Assembly (NCBI RefSeq): GCF_001194135.2
Contig: NC_068994.1
Coordinates: 53,352,318 to 53,416,317, forward strand
Reading direction: 5' to 3'
DNA length: 64,000 bases
Origin: Octopus bimaculoides
Lineage: Eukaryota
This document shows positions 38,921-50,795 of this stretch, piece by piece; within the stretch, counting starts at the first letter, position 1, and the number at the start of each line of letters is the position of its first letter. Below the pieces are notes generated by a model, which saw only the letters and a list, made by a program, of their open reading frames with translations, had not been told where the DNA came from and did not search any database. Both the position numbers and the translations under genes were made by a program.

Positions 38921-39316
38921 GAAAAGATAAATGGTGTTCAACGTTTCCAACCATTCCTCTTCTGTAAAATTATCACACTGATGATCTGTGTAAAACTGTA
39001 TACAGCATCGTATTGCTGGCAAAATATGCTCTTCACCAATTCTACGAAACTCATCTGCAATGAAATGCCAACTGGAATATGTGAAACCTCACCGGATTTT
39101 TGTGAAGTGAAAAATATATATTTTCGATGATTTTCTGTTTCTGTAAATTTTCTCAATGTGTATTTTCAGGAAACTCTTAAAACAACTTGGGAAGTTAAAT
39201 ATCAGAATTTGAAAATAATTTTTCATATAACATTAGTTGCTGTGATTTGGTGTTGATACAAATTCATATGTTATGTATTGCTTTCTATTTTTCCCTCACT
39301 ATTATGCAGTACAATA

Positions 39317-39530
39317 AGGCGGTGAGCTGGCAGAATCGTTAACGCGTCGGTCGAAATGCTTAGCGGTATTTCGCCCGTCGCTACGTTCCGAGTTCAAATT
39401 CCGCCAAAGTTTACTTTGCCTTTCATCCTTTGAAGGTTGATTAAATAAGTACCAGTTACGCACTGTGGTCAATGTAATCGACTTAATCCCCTCCCCCAAG
39501 CTGCCCTTGTGGCAAAAATTTGAAATAATT
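39317..39530 (+). mobile_element. Family B SINE, well conserved full-length copy
   Basis: ggcggtgagctggcagaatcgttaacgcgtcggtcgaaatgcttagcgg...gagttcaaattccgcc...gcctttcatcctttg...aaataagtaccag...caaaaatttgaaa. Confidence 0.9.
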
Positions 39531-40139
39531 ATATGTAGTACAACATAGCATATTGTATTATGCGTTGAGATCATATTTAATGCCACACCAAAATTATACT
39601 TTATAGCATTAGGAAATATATGAGTAATACAAATACTAGTAAAAGTATATAACACAATGTGAAACTTAAATGAGTGAAAATTTCGAGAACGAATGAACAT
39701 CAGAAGTTAAACGTTAATGCATAACAGAAATTAAGATTATTAGTCAACATTTCGTAAACAAAAATCTACTATAATAATACTCTTGTGTTTTTCTCCGTCA
39801 CAACATATGAATGAGAGAGGAAGGGGTGATAATTGAAGTTCTGTAACTTTACAGAAATCATCAAAATTCAAAGAAAAAAATAAAAGCAGAAGACTAAAAA
39901 GCAGATAATGTATTTGTGGAAGTTGTATTAGGGTGTAAACTTCTGAGAAACTAAATTTTTAAAAATTGAATTTTTATGAATCAAACGTATTTAAAGAACT
40001 GAAAATGATTTAAGTGACAAACACAAAACTACAATCCAATATTAAACAAACAGAAATATAAAAGGAAAATTCATATAGAAATTAAAATAATATTGTACTA
40101 AATTCGCTTTTTAATCAATAAAACAATTTAGTATGCTGT

Positions 40140-40330
40140 CTGTAAATTTTGAAGGGTAGGGACAAAACTATACAAAGAACCTAACTACTTGACTGTCGCT
40201 TTTATTTTATCGACCCCGGAAAGATGAAAGGCAGAATTGATCCTAGGGGGGTTTTGAACATAAAGCGTCGGAAGAAATGCCGGAAGACATTTTGTCCGAA
40301 GCTCTAACGATTCAGTTAATCTACCGAGCT
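40140..40330 (-). mobile_element. Diverged family B SINE
   Basis: ttttatcgaccccggaaagatgaaaggc...ctaacgattc. Confidence 0.7.
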
Positions 40331-40358
40331 TATTGATCATATATAATAAAAAATTCAT

Positions 40359-40426
40359 GAGTATTTTTAAATGTTATTATTCGAGTATTTTTAAATGTTA
40401 TTATTCGAGTATTTTGAAATGTTATA
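40359..40426. repeat. 24-bp tandem repeat, about 2.8 copies
   Basis: gagtatttttaaatgttattattc x2 plus gagtattttgaaatgttata. Confidence 0.9.
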
Positions 40427-43400
40427 AGAGTCAAAACCAAATAAAAAAAGACTAATGAAACTTTACCTAATAAATAAGGCCATAAAAATAACGTCCCAGT
40501 TTTAATTTCCAATTGCATAAAGACGGATATCTGGTTCACCACCTCAGACAGCTTCTCTGAATAATTACTTCTACAGGATAACTAATCACTAACAACTGCT
40601 CTCTCGACAATTGCGTATCGCCCGTAATTTGTAGTTTTAGTGGTATAATTATAGGGTCATAATTATAATAATATGAAAATATAATTCTGCTTTCTAGATA
40701 ACAAATAAAACATGAAAATAAAACTCAAATTAGTTTTATTCGTGTTTATTAACACCCTCATAGTTGTGCTTTTTCTAAACTCTTAGTTAATTGAGAAAAT
40801 TATCCAAGGGAAATTATTCGAAAGACATTTGTCCCAGAACCATATTGATCATATTCAATTTGTGCTTAACTTAAATTCTCGACAAAATCTAATTATCTAC
40901 ATATGTATTGCGTAATTAAACTTATCACTTTTTTTTTCAAAATTTGATTCAGTTATTTACAGACTGCTGACAATAGAAACTTTCTAAAACAAATATTCAT
41001 GTGAATCATTAGTTTTCAGGAAAACATTACTAATTCAATTATTCTCAGTTACGAAGGCTTTTCTTTCAGTAATGATGTATAGGAGATGGAAAACCTAGTT
41101 TTAAGGTATTTCGGTCGGAAAAGTCTTACTTAAGGATCTCATAAATTCCTTCAAAGATAGGAAGCTAGAACTAGTAAAATCACAGTTTCATAAAAGTTGT
41201 GTGTTGATTGAAAAATAAAAGATTTCTAGTCAATAATAGNNNNNNNNNNNNNNNNNNNNNNNNNNNNNNNNNNNNNNNNNNNNNNNNNNNNNNNNNNNNN
41301 GATAGTTCTCACTGAACGCCAAACATTCTACGTAAAAATTGCAGCACAAAATCTTGTTAAATTGCATCTGTTGAAATTAGCTTCAGTCTAAATAATCGAA
41401 TACTAAAGTTTGAAAATCCAAATTAATGAACTCATTCAGAAAAGTCAGCTTTGAAAATCTCATAAATTCTGAAAAAGTTTGGAAATTACTCAGTTAAATG
41501 GAACATATCTGTAAATTATTTAAAAATAGAACAGCTTCAAGTCGTCTAAAATTCTTTTGAAAGTAGAAAGTGTTCCTATAATTTAATCTTAAAACAAGAA
41601 GGGATTTTTTTTTACACAACAATGCTTTTTTTTTCAATCATAATTTTCAACATAAAAATGCTTTTTATCATAATTTTCGGCACAAAAATAGTTAGATGAC
41701 ACTTTTTAAAATAGACTAGAAATAAATGGCTAGAATAAAACTAAATTTATTTTATTGATTCGTCAGAGAAAGCGGACATTTTGTAAAGACAAAAAAAAAA
41801 TACTACAAGCTCTTCCCGTTTTGAGATTAAATTATGAAAGCACTAGTAACTTTTAAAACAATTTCAAACGATTCGGGATTGTTCCGTTTCCACCCCAATT
41901 ATTATAAAAGATTCGTAACATTTGGTGGATAATGAATATTACTTTGATTGCAAATGTTGTTTTATATCCAGGTAGGAATATAATTTCTTGCAAAACTGAA
42001 TTATCATTAGACGTGAGTGCTAACCTTGAAAGTATACATTTGCTACCATGAGTAATATCAGGAAATATGGCATACATACAATAATTATAATTTATCTGTT
42101 ATCAGATTTCTTGGAGCTTAAAATTATGAAATGAATACTAATATTCAAAAGAAAATATACACGTATAGACATTACTTTAAAATAAATATAACAAATTTCT
42201 CATTTGTATGTTTGTGATAAATATGATATCATTTTTCTGAATGTTTATCTACGTAATCGCAATCTACCACTTCGAAACTTATTTCTGCAAACTTTTATTT
42301 AAAAATATGTATTCTTTAGAAAGTTACAAAAATTTCACCTTTACATCTTATGTAAACTGCTCCTGTTTCTCTTATTTACTCTCTCCTCCTTTCTTTGTAC
42401 AGTGTAAAGTGTAACTGGAGAAATCAACCAACTATCCATAGTTTATATCGGTTTTTATTAAACAGAGATGTGCCTATATTATTATGGGCCTAGTTTGGTT
42501 GTTAACCGAATCAGTAGCATGTAATGTAAACAAAAATAACCAAATTGCTGTTATTAAAACAAACTATTTTTAATATATAATATATATAATAGCCGACCCT
42601 TTCAACATTGCTTAATTTTCTGGAGGGCGGGACAACTTGAAATCTGTTTGGGACTTTGAACTCCATGTCAGGTGCCGAGACATCTCCGCTCAAATCGAGG
42701 CGATTGATAAACGTGAATATAGAATAGTCTATAAATTTATGTATGTATATTCTGTGAAATATAAGTTAGCTCTGACTGAGGCAACAGAGATATAAATAAA
42801 TACCATCTGCCGCTTCAATTGAAAACTCTCCTCCAACATCCGAAGAAGGCGGTATCGCCCATTTTGAAGCAGTACATAGAAGTGATCATACTTGTCTTAC
42901 CGCTCATTTATCATTTCTTCTTTCTTTCATTCATCCTCATTCTAATTTCTTTCCTTCTCATTGTCTCTACAAATATTCAGTTTTCACTGACTTGACAATA
43001 TTTCCATATTAAATAAAACCTCTAAGTAATCGATGCTGTTATTCAATTTGTTGTTTATCTATATTGTTGTCGATGCTGTGCTCCCATAGTTTTCGCTTTT
43101 GCTGATGTTGTTATTGTTTCTCTTGTTTTAACATATTAAAGATTTTCTCTTTTCATATCTTTCTAGCGGTATATTTGCTTTAGATTAACCAAATTTTCTA
43201 ACATTATGTACACTTGTGGGATTGTGCTAAAATGTCTGTTGCTTTTGATAATACTTCAAAAAGGGATTCCATTTGTAAAATTCATGGCCAAAGGTGAGAA
43301 TTCTTTTTGTGTACTGCATTCTCAAGGGTGTTAGATGAAAAGAAATATGATTAACTGGGAATCGAACTTTTATATTCACATGTATGTTTGTTTTCGGAAT

Positions 43401-45329
43401 AGTTGACAAAGTGCAAGTGGTTTTCTTGTAACAGCCTCGTCAGAACGCCATGTCATTGCAGTGAAACAATCTGCATTTGTCAACTACCGTTGAATAAATA
43501 TGAAATACTTTGTATTTAACTGCATTGACTATTTAGATTGTAGATCTACTGTCCATCAGAGCAAAGACACACGGAATAAACACACGTAACGTGTGTGTAT
43601 TTGTGTGAGAACGCATGTGTGCATAAACATTATCATGGCCTTAGCTAGATGGGATCTTTGTCTTGCCCCAAGGCAACTGAGATTTTAATTTAGTCCCACC
43701 TTTGTATGGTAATGTGGGGGAGGGTCTTCATATAAGAGTACGTGTAGCCATGAGTTTTACAGTGCTGTGGTTCGTGTCGTTTCCTGACACACATATTTGT
43801 ATGATATTCGGTGGTCAACTCCCGGAAAGCAACAGTAGTTTCGATTCCTAGTTCAGTCATTTTACTTGACTCCATTATACGGTGATGTATTTTCTCTGCT
43901 TCCGAGGTTTTATAACTCTACTTTTATCTTCTGGTTGAGGAACTCTTGTTCTTTAACCCCTGGTCTACGAGACACCATCTTAATGACTACGACAAATTCT
44001 GACGGAGGGAGAGACATAAAGAAGAATTGACTTCAGTACATAAATGGTACTTTATGGACCCGTGCATGAACGATTTCGGTGGGAATTGAACTCAGATCAT
44101 TAAAGAAGCATGTTTTACAGTTCCGCTATGGAGATTTTGGCAGTTAATACACTGTTTCTTAAAGTGCTAGAATATTAAGTACATCATGAAAGCTTTTGAA
44201 GATGAAAATCACGTATACAATTTAAACATTATATATATATATATATATATACACAATCAATAGTTGAAAAATTATAGAAATTGACTATTCTTTCAGAGAG
44301 AGATATATAGATACATATGTATGTATGTATATGCATATATACAAACACACGTATACATATAAGCTCACACATTTGTGTATATATATGTATGTATGTATGT
44401 GTACGTGATATGTATGAAAGCATGTATGTATGAATTAACGAACGAAGGTGTACATATGATTTTAGCAGATACCAGAAAAAACATTTTTTTAAACAAAAGA
44501 AAAGGATAAATATATACTTGGCTTCCTCAATAGGTTGTTTAACTGCAAGCGATTCCTCACCGAACCGAGCATATCGTTAACGTCCTCTTTTCCCCCATCA
44601 TCTCCCATCCTCTTCACATCACTAGCTCCCTATTATTTATTAAATCAACTGTGCATTCATTCAACTCCGTATGTTGGCTTTATCTAATATTTACTCTAAA
44701 ATGTAATTTTCTATTCAAACACTCCGCTGTATATTTGCGTACATAATGTCAGTCTTTGTTTAGCAATGAGCTATTTACTTAGAAAAGATGCTTCTTCGAC
44801 AGAAGTGTGGAATGATAGATTTAAAAAGTCATAGGGATGTTATGTGATATATATATAATCACATCTGTAGAAAGTGTACATTTTCAAAAATGCAGTCTTT
44901 TATTTTATTATCCTTTTAGAGCTTTCAACAATTGGACTGCAACCATGCGAGAGCACTGTTTTAAAGTGTTTATTTCATATTATGGAGCCCAGTATTCATT
45001 ATTTCAGTTTTATGAGTCTGTTTATCAAACTAATACATTATGAAGACGTAAAAGAAGACAACGTAAATACACGCTTATGTATATTTGTTCCCATGCCGTT
45101 TTGCCTTTACACAGTTACTTTTAAAAATTTCACCGAGAGTTCGACACGGTTTGAAGTGGAATATCATAGGCGAGAATGTGGAATCTGAATTACATTAGAA
45201 TAATAAACAGAGTAACCTTTATGGATATTTTAGGCTTTATATAATATACACGTGTTTCTACAACTCAATTGTCATTATTATGTAAACCAGTTGTTCCTAT
45301 CACGAGGACAACTCGGATATGTATGTGTG

Positions 45330-45368
<39 letters not shown>

Positions 45369-45919
45369 TTTGTATGTATAAATGTATGTGTATACATATA
45401 TATATATATATTTGTACATATACGTACATTTGTACATGCGTACATATGTACATGCGTACATATATGTGCGTACGTATATGTATGGACGTACATATATACA
45501 TATATATGTACATATATATATATATACACACATGTCTGTGTGTGTGTATTTTTAATCATTGGTACTCTGACAATCTTCTGATACAAACGAAAGTGCACAC
45601 ATAGGAATGTGCATTTTCAGCATCTACACATATGCACGAAAATCGTGGCGGTGGTCGCCGTGCTGGAGGCTAGGGTTACTGGTAGATTTTCAGCAGTCAG
45701 TCTTGAAGATAAACAGTTGTTTGACATATTGTGGTCCTACTCATGTAATTGTTTGAGTATATGGCAGACATGTGTAGTTTTAACGCAATTGAGGTCGAAT
45801 AAGCGTGATATAGTAAGCAAAAACAAAACCAACCTTTGAATTGTAGTTCTAATATATATATAGGGAGAGAGGGAGAGAGAGAGAGGGAGAGAGAGAGAGG
45901 GAGAGAGAGAGAGGGAGGG

Positions 45920-46470
45920 GAGTACCAGCCTCTATACTTATTAAATAATTTATTTATCGGTCCTCGAAAGAATGAAATGCTAACTTGATCTTCGTAGGAT
46001 TTGAACTCACAGCACATACATCGCGAACCAATATAATAAAGCATTATTTCTAGCCCTCTAACAATTCTGAGTTTTCAGTTTAGTGTTATATTTGTATTTA
46101 TATGGACAGATCTAGACAAGGATTTTGTTGGCCATGCTAGCAAGTATCGCCTCTCCACACCATCAGTGACATTTAAGTGAGAGGCTACTTTAAAAAGGTC
46201 GATAGAACTGGGGACCAGTGTTGTTGTAAATGTTGCAACAGGACTCAAGGAACCAGTTGGGACACCGTAAAGGATTTCAGTCGATTCTTTAACATTTCCC
46301 CCACCCCCACAATCCATTGGTCAGGATTGGTGTATTTTTTTATCGATCCTGTAAGGATGAAATACACAGTTGGTCTCAACGGTCTTCGAACATAAAACGT
46401 AGAAAAAAACGAAATAAATAACGCGACGAATGAATTCTATTCACAGTTCTAACGACTCTGACAGATCGCT
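45920..46470 (-). mobile_element. Two diverged family B SINE remnants (about 45920-46070 and 46290-46470)
   Basis: tttatcggtcctcgaaagaatgaaa...gatttgaactc and ttttatcgatcctgtaaggatgaaa...acagttctaacgactctgacag. Confidence 0.6.
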
Positions 46471-46484
46471 ACCTTACATATGTA

Positions 46485-46885
46485 TGCATGCATTTTATTC
46501 TTTTACTCGTTTGTCCTTTGACTGCAGCCATGCTGGAGCACCACCTTTTCGTCGAACAGATCGACCCCAGAACTTATTCTTTGTTAGCCTTGCATTTACT
46601 CTATCGGGCTCTTTTGCCAAACCGCTAAGTTAGGGGGACGTAAGCACATCAACATCGGTTGTCAAGCGATGAAGGTGGAGGGGGACAAACACAGACACAC
46701 ATACACGCACACATATACATAGGACGGGTTTCTTTCAGTTTCCGTCTACCAAATCCACTCACAAGGTTTTGGTCGGCCTGTGACTATAGTAGTAGATATT
46801 TACTCAAGGTGCCACGCAATGGTATTTAACCCCGAACCGTGTGGGTGCGAAGCAAGCTTCTTAAAACACAGCCACGCCTGCGCCT
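46485..46885 (-). mobile_element. Family A SINE, full length and well conserved
   Basis: Tail reverse complement gactgcagccatgctggagcacc, an internal (CA)n, and head reverse complement ggtttctttcagtttccgtctacc...caaggtgccacgc...acagccacgcctgcgcc. Confidence 0.9.
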
Positions 46886-49183
46886 TTTTATACAAACACA
46901 CACATATATATATATATACACACACGCACATTACATACGTATATACATATATACGGACACATACATTCACATATACACATACACACACGGGTATATAAAC
47001 AAACAGTGAAACGAAAAATGTTGTTACATGATTTTAATCAAAGCTATAAATCTTTGCCCGGAAATTGTTATTCTCATAAAGATTGTTCAGCCTGCCATTG
47101 TGCCATGGTTTCTCTATTACAAGCCAGATAGATAGAGAGTCTAGACAACAACAAATAGGAGAAGAGAGTAAACAGTTTATTACAGACTCACAACATTTCA
47201 GTTCAAGAAAAAAAAAACGGATTGCTAACAGTTGTTTGTTGTTTTTTTTCTTCTAAAAACACACACACACGCACACGCACATATATATACTTATATGCTG
47301 TTTGGAGTTGTTTTTTTTTCTCCTACACAATCATACATATATAGTTCTTTGTTGTTTTTTTCTGAACGATTACGCATTGAACACACATGCACACGTATAA
47401 ACTCGTGTACGGTATACAGACCAAAAGAAACAACAATACTCAAAAATATATAACGGTACCAGTTATAATTATCGTTATTTTCTTCATAGGAAGTTATCCG
47501 AAATCATAGACGAATCGTAATGCCGTATTAATACTACTACTACTAATAATAATAATATAATAATAATACCACAAGAATAAACAACTTACGCTCCTTTTCT
47601 GCTTTAGTCAGTGTCAGGAAGCCCGCGTATATAAAGGAATAATAATAATAATAAATACCACTCGTTTTATGCAATCATATTTTATCGTCTTTTATCCGGT
47701 TGTAGCCGATCTTCCTGTAATTACACTATAATAGGAAAGACGCCATAAAATGTTTGTCTTCTAAAATGAAATAAATGTTCGATATTATTCGTTGGATTGT
47801 AACTCAGACCGAAAAGCGATCTTTGTCAAATTTTCTTGTTTCTTCATTTGTTTTTTGTATGCTTGTTTCTTTTTTTTTTTTGCGGTTTTGCCTTTAAGAT
47901 ATATGTTGTCATTGCTTTGTTTCTTGTTGTTTTAGTATTCTTTACATGGGAGCTTGTAGTGAAGGAGATACTAGATAGGCGTACGGGGGAAAAAATAGAA
48001 TGCTATAAGTTTGCGAAGAGAAAGAAGAAAGAATGATAATAATATTTATTTGTTCAGCTTTCTAGTGATAGTGTGTCTTATTATTCATTGGCGTGACTAA
48101 CGAGAGACTTATGTCTTTTTGTAGTATATCTGGAGCAAGTCATTTTTATCCTTCCTCCAAGCCGATCTTTCTCCAAATCGATCCTTTCTTCAAGCTGATC
48201 ACCTCCCGGAGCCTGTCGCTTAACAACTCTACTCATTCTTCAATTCTGTCTTTCTTATTTACGAGAAGTTCACAATCGCAAGTTAGTGCAACATATTTGA
48301 CCTCACGTCTGCTCCGACAAAGAAAACTTATGATTGAAGGTGTTCCAGCACTGTGCATCCCGTTCGGAAGACATGCGAAAGAGAAACGTTACACATCGTT
48401 TGCTCAACTCAATCCCGAAGAAAGATTTTAGAACTATCGTTGTTGTATGTATGACGTCTGCTCACAAGGCTTGCTATCAACAGCTAAAATCACGATAGAA
48501 TGGTTGCAGCAGTAATAGTGCCCAGTAATATTCACTCAAGCTATAATTTCTTGGAAACCTGTGCTACAGCCGTGGGACGAGATATTTTTGTTACAAGAGC
48601 ACTGAAATTTTCAGGCTTGTACAAATCTCTCAAATTCCTGATAGCGAAATCCACATATTGCATAGAAGCATCGTTGCTCGTGTATTAAAATATGGAACAT
48701 TTCGGAAACTTCACTTAGAACCATTCCAAAAGACGGAATTATGAATTTTCAATACCCGAGTACACAAAAGTCACTTTAACTTGTTTCCATTTATATGACG
48801 ACGTTCTTAAAATGCCTCGCAAAACATAATATAAAATGTGACGTGTTTCGAGAGGAAGTGAGCCGGGAATCGAAACCTCCAAGCAGAACATTGGCAAAGT
48901 GAATTGAAAATAGATCAAACAAAACTGGTATTGTCTTGGAATGAAGCCATTTGGCAGTGTAAGTTAGCCAATAGATTATTTCTTGCTTTGCACTGCTACT
49001 CGCGAGGCCGTCAACACAAATAATAAGTTATCTTCTTGACGGATAATAACAGATTACAGAATAAATAAATAAAACATCGCAGTGATATATCATTGTAGCA
49101 GAGCAATATAAACCAGCGTAACAGAACACACAGTTGCAATCAAATTATAGAGATCAAACACAATCATTCATGTGTATACACAC

Positions 49184-49225
<42 letters not shown>

Positions 49226-49939
49226 AGTTTATTCACTCTTCTCTCATGGAGCTAAACAATTCATTTTTATGAGATCTTCTTTACTTGTGACAGTTGAAAA
49301 CTGCAAATAACAAGACGAAATGAAAATGTTTCGCGGTTCTCTTTAACAGAAGCGATAAGCAAGAGAAGAAAGATGGAGCCAGCGATATCCCCGGCTATAG
49401 TTGGGCTGAATCCCTTACAAATGGCTAGCAATTAGAAAATGAAACCTAATACTTTATCCACAGAAATCCTATTTTAAGTCACGGTGTAATAGTTTAGCAA
49501 CGTCATACCGCATATTCAAACCATTACAGCTAAAAAAAAAACAACAACGCTATAGCTCATCAAACTTAAGATATTTATGCACAACACAGCGTCTATTAGA
49601 AAACCTAAAATAATTTTTTATTTAATGTGATGACGACGGTCACTCGGTATGTTAACTACTCCAGATATTACATCAAGGTTCTGGTTTGTGACCGACTTAA
49701 ATAGCGATTTACTATGTCCTCCTCGTAAGAAAGAGAAATAAGGAGGTAATGGTCATCTGATGTGCAGCCAACAAACCGTGAAGTATATCGCATACATACG
49801 CATATCGCATACATAATCTTATTTGCCTGCATACAAAACGAACACAAGATGTGCTCACATGTTCTAAGTTTCATAGGGAAAGGCTTAAAAGCTGTTGTCT
49901 AAGTACTTTATGTACTAAAGAGGCTAGGTCACGACTAGT

Positions 49940-50500
49940 CTTAGACACTCGCCCAAGATGCCACGCAGTGGAACTGAACCCGGGAACATGTGGTTGAGAC
50001 AATTCGGGAATTGAGGCCATGCTGGGGCACTATCTTGGACAATTTTAGTCAAATGAATTGACCCCAGCACATATCTTTTTTTTTTAAACCGGGTACTTCT
50101 ATCAATATTTTTTGACGAACCGCTAAGTTATGTAAATACACCAACACCGGTTGTCAAGCGGTGATGGGGACAAACACAAGCACGCACACACATACACACA
50201 CACACACATACTTTTCCATTCTTCTCGAGTATCAAAATAATACACCAGCTTCTTTTTCTGCAATTTGAACTATATATATATATATATATATATATTTATT
50301 TATTTATTTATGTGTTTCAGCCAAGTGGCTGCGGTCATGCTGGTGCACCACCGTGAGAATATATATATATATATGACGAACTTCTTTCAGTTTCCAATCA
50401 ACCAAATCCGCTATGGTAGAAGACACTTGCCCGAGGTTCCACACAGTTAGACTAAACCCGGAATCGTGTGAGAGAACAAACGTCTTCCCACACAGCCTCG
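49940..50500 (-). mobile_element. Cluster of family A SINE fragments
   Basis: Head piece at about 49945-50000, tail at about 50015-50190, tail stub at about 50310-50350, and head piece at about 50375-50500. Confidence 0.7.
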
Positions 50501-50529
50501 ACTGATAAATTTTATTTTCTAAATGGACC

Positions 50530-50795
50530 AATCGCACTTGTACTTATGTTCCTTGTGCAAAAGTGCAAGTCATGGCGGTAAATTGCATGTCCACTTATGT
50601 ACCGTACGCTCGTGCGAGACATATGTAGCGAACGCTCAAGTGAGACATATGTGCCGAACACGCATGCGCTATCAATGTATCAAATGTTCATGCGTCAGTT
50701 ATACATCCCACATCTCTAGTTGTATACCCAATGTGCATGTGCCACTTATGTACCCCATGCGCATGCTCCGCTTATGTTACTAATACATAAGCCAC
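50530..50795. repeat. Block of interspersed short motifs (CACTTATGTACC / GAGACATATGT)
   Basis: (C/T)ACTTATGT at 50541, 50592 and 50743, with a variant at about 50770. GAGACATATGT occurs at 50616 and 50642, and tgcatgt(g)ccacttatgtacc occurs twice. Confidence 0.6.

Larger units (their letters stand above)
36906..39290 (-). mobile_element. hAT transposase fossil of the Buster/Charlie type (SCAND3/ZBED5/FAM200-like), near full length, multiply frameshifted, split by SINEs
   Basis: Collinear motifs on the minus strand: YITYEFVSTPN (about 39260); IGEEHILPAI (39040-39011); LAYVHFMKEESLVQ (38684-38643); FDEKDIQLTNIITC (38574-38533); SLSNVIAAINKLKEHAINFRLFRQ; LLLIIGVRWPSKG (38250-38230, RWLS motif); TVVNFFQD...TFLSKLQLF...FPRFSD; DRFQDL; PDWIINLFPD (37260-37231); FSATTKL; QVQPSH (36926-36909). 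Confidence 0.85.

Noticed and set aside
38925-39060. Coding-looking minus frame DEFRRIGEEHILPAIRCCIQFY...
   Set aside because: IGEEHILPA is part of the hAT fossil (the IGEELILPA motif), not a host exon.
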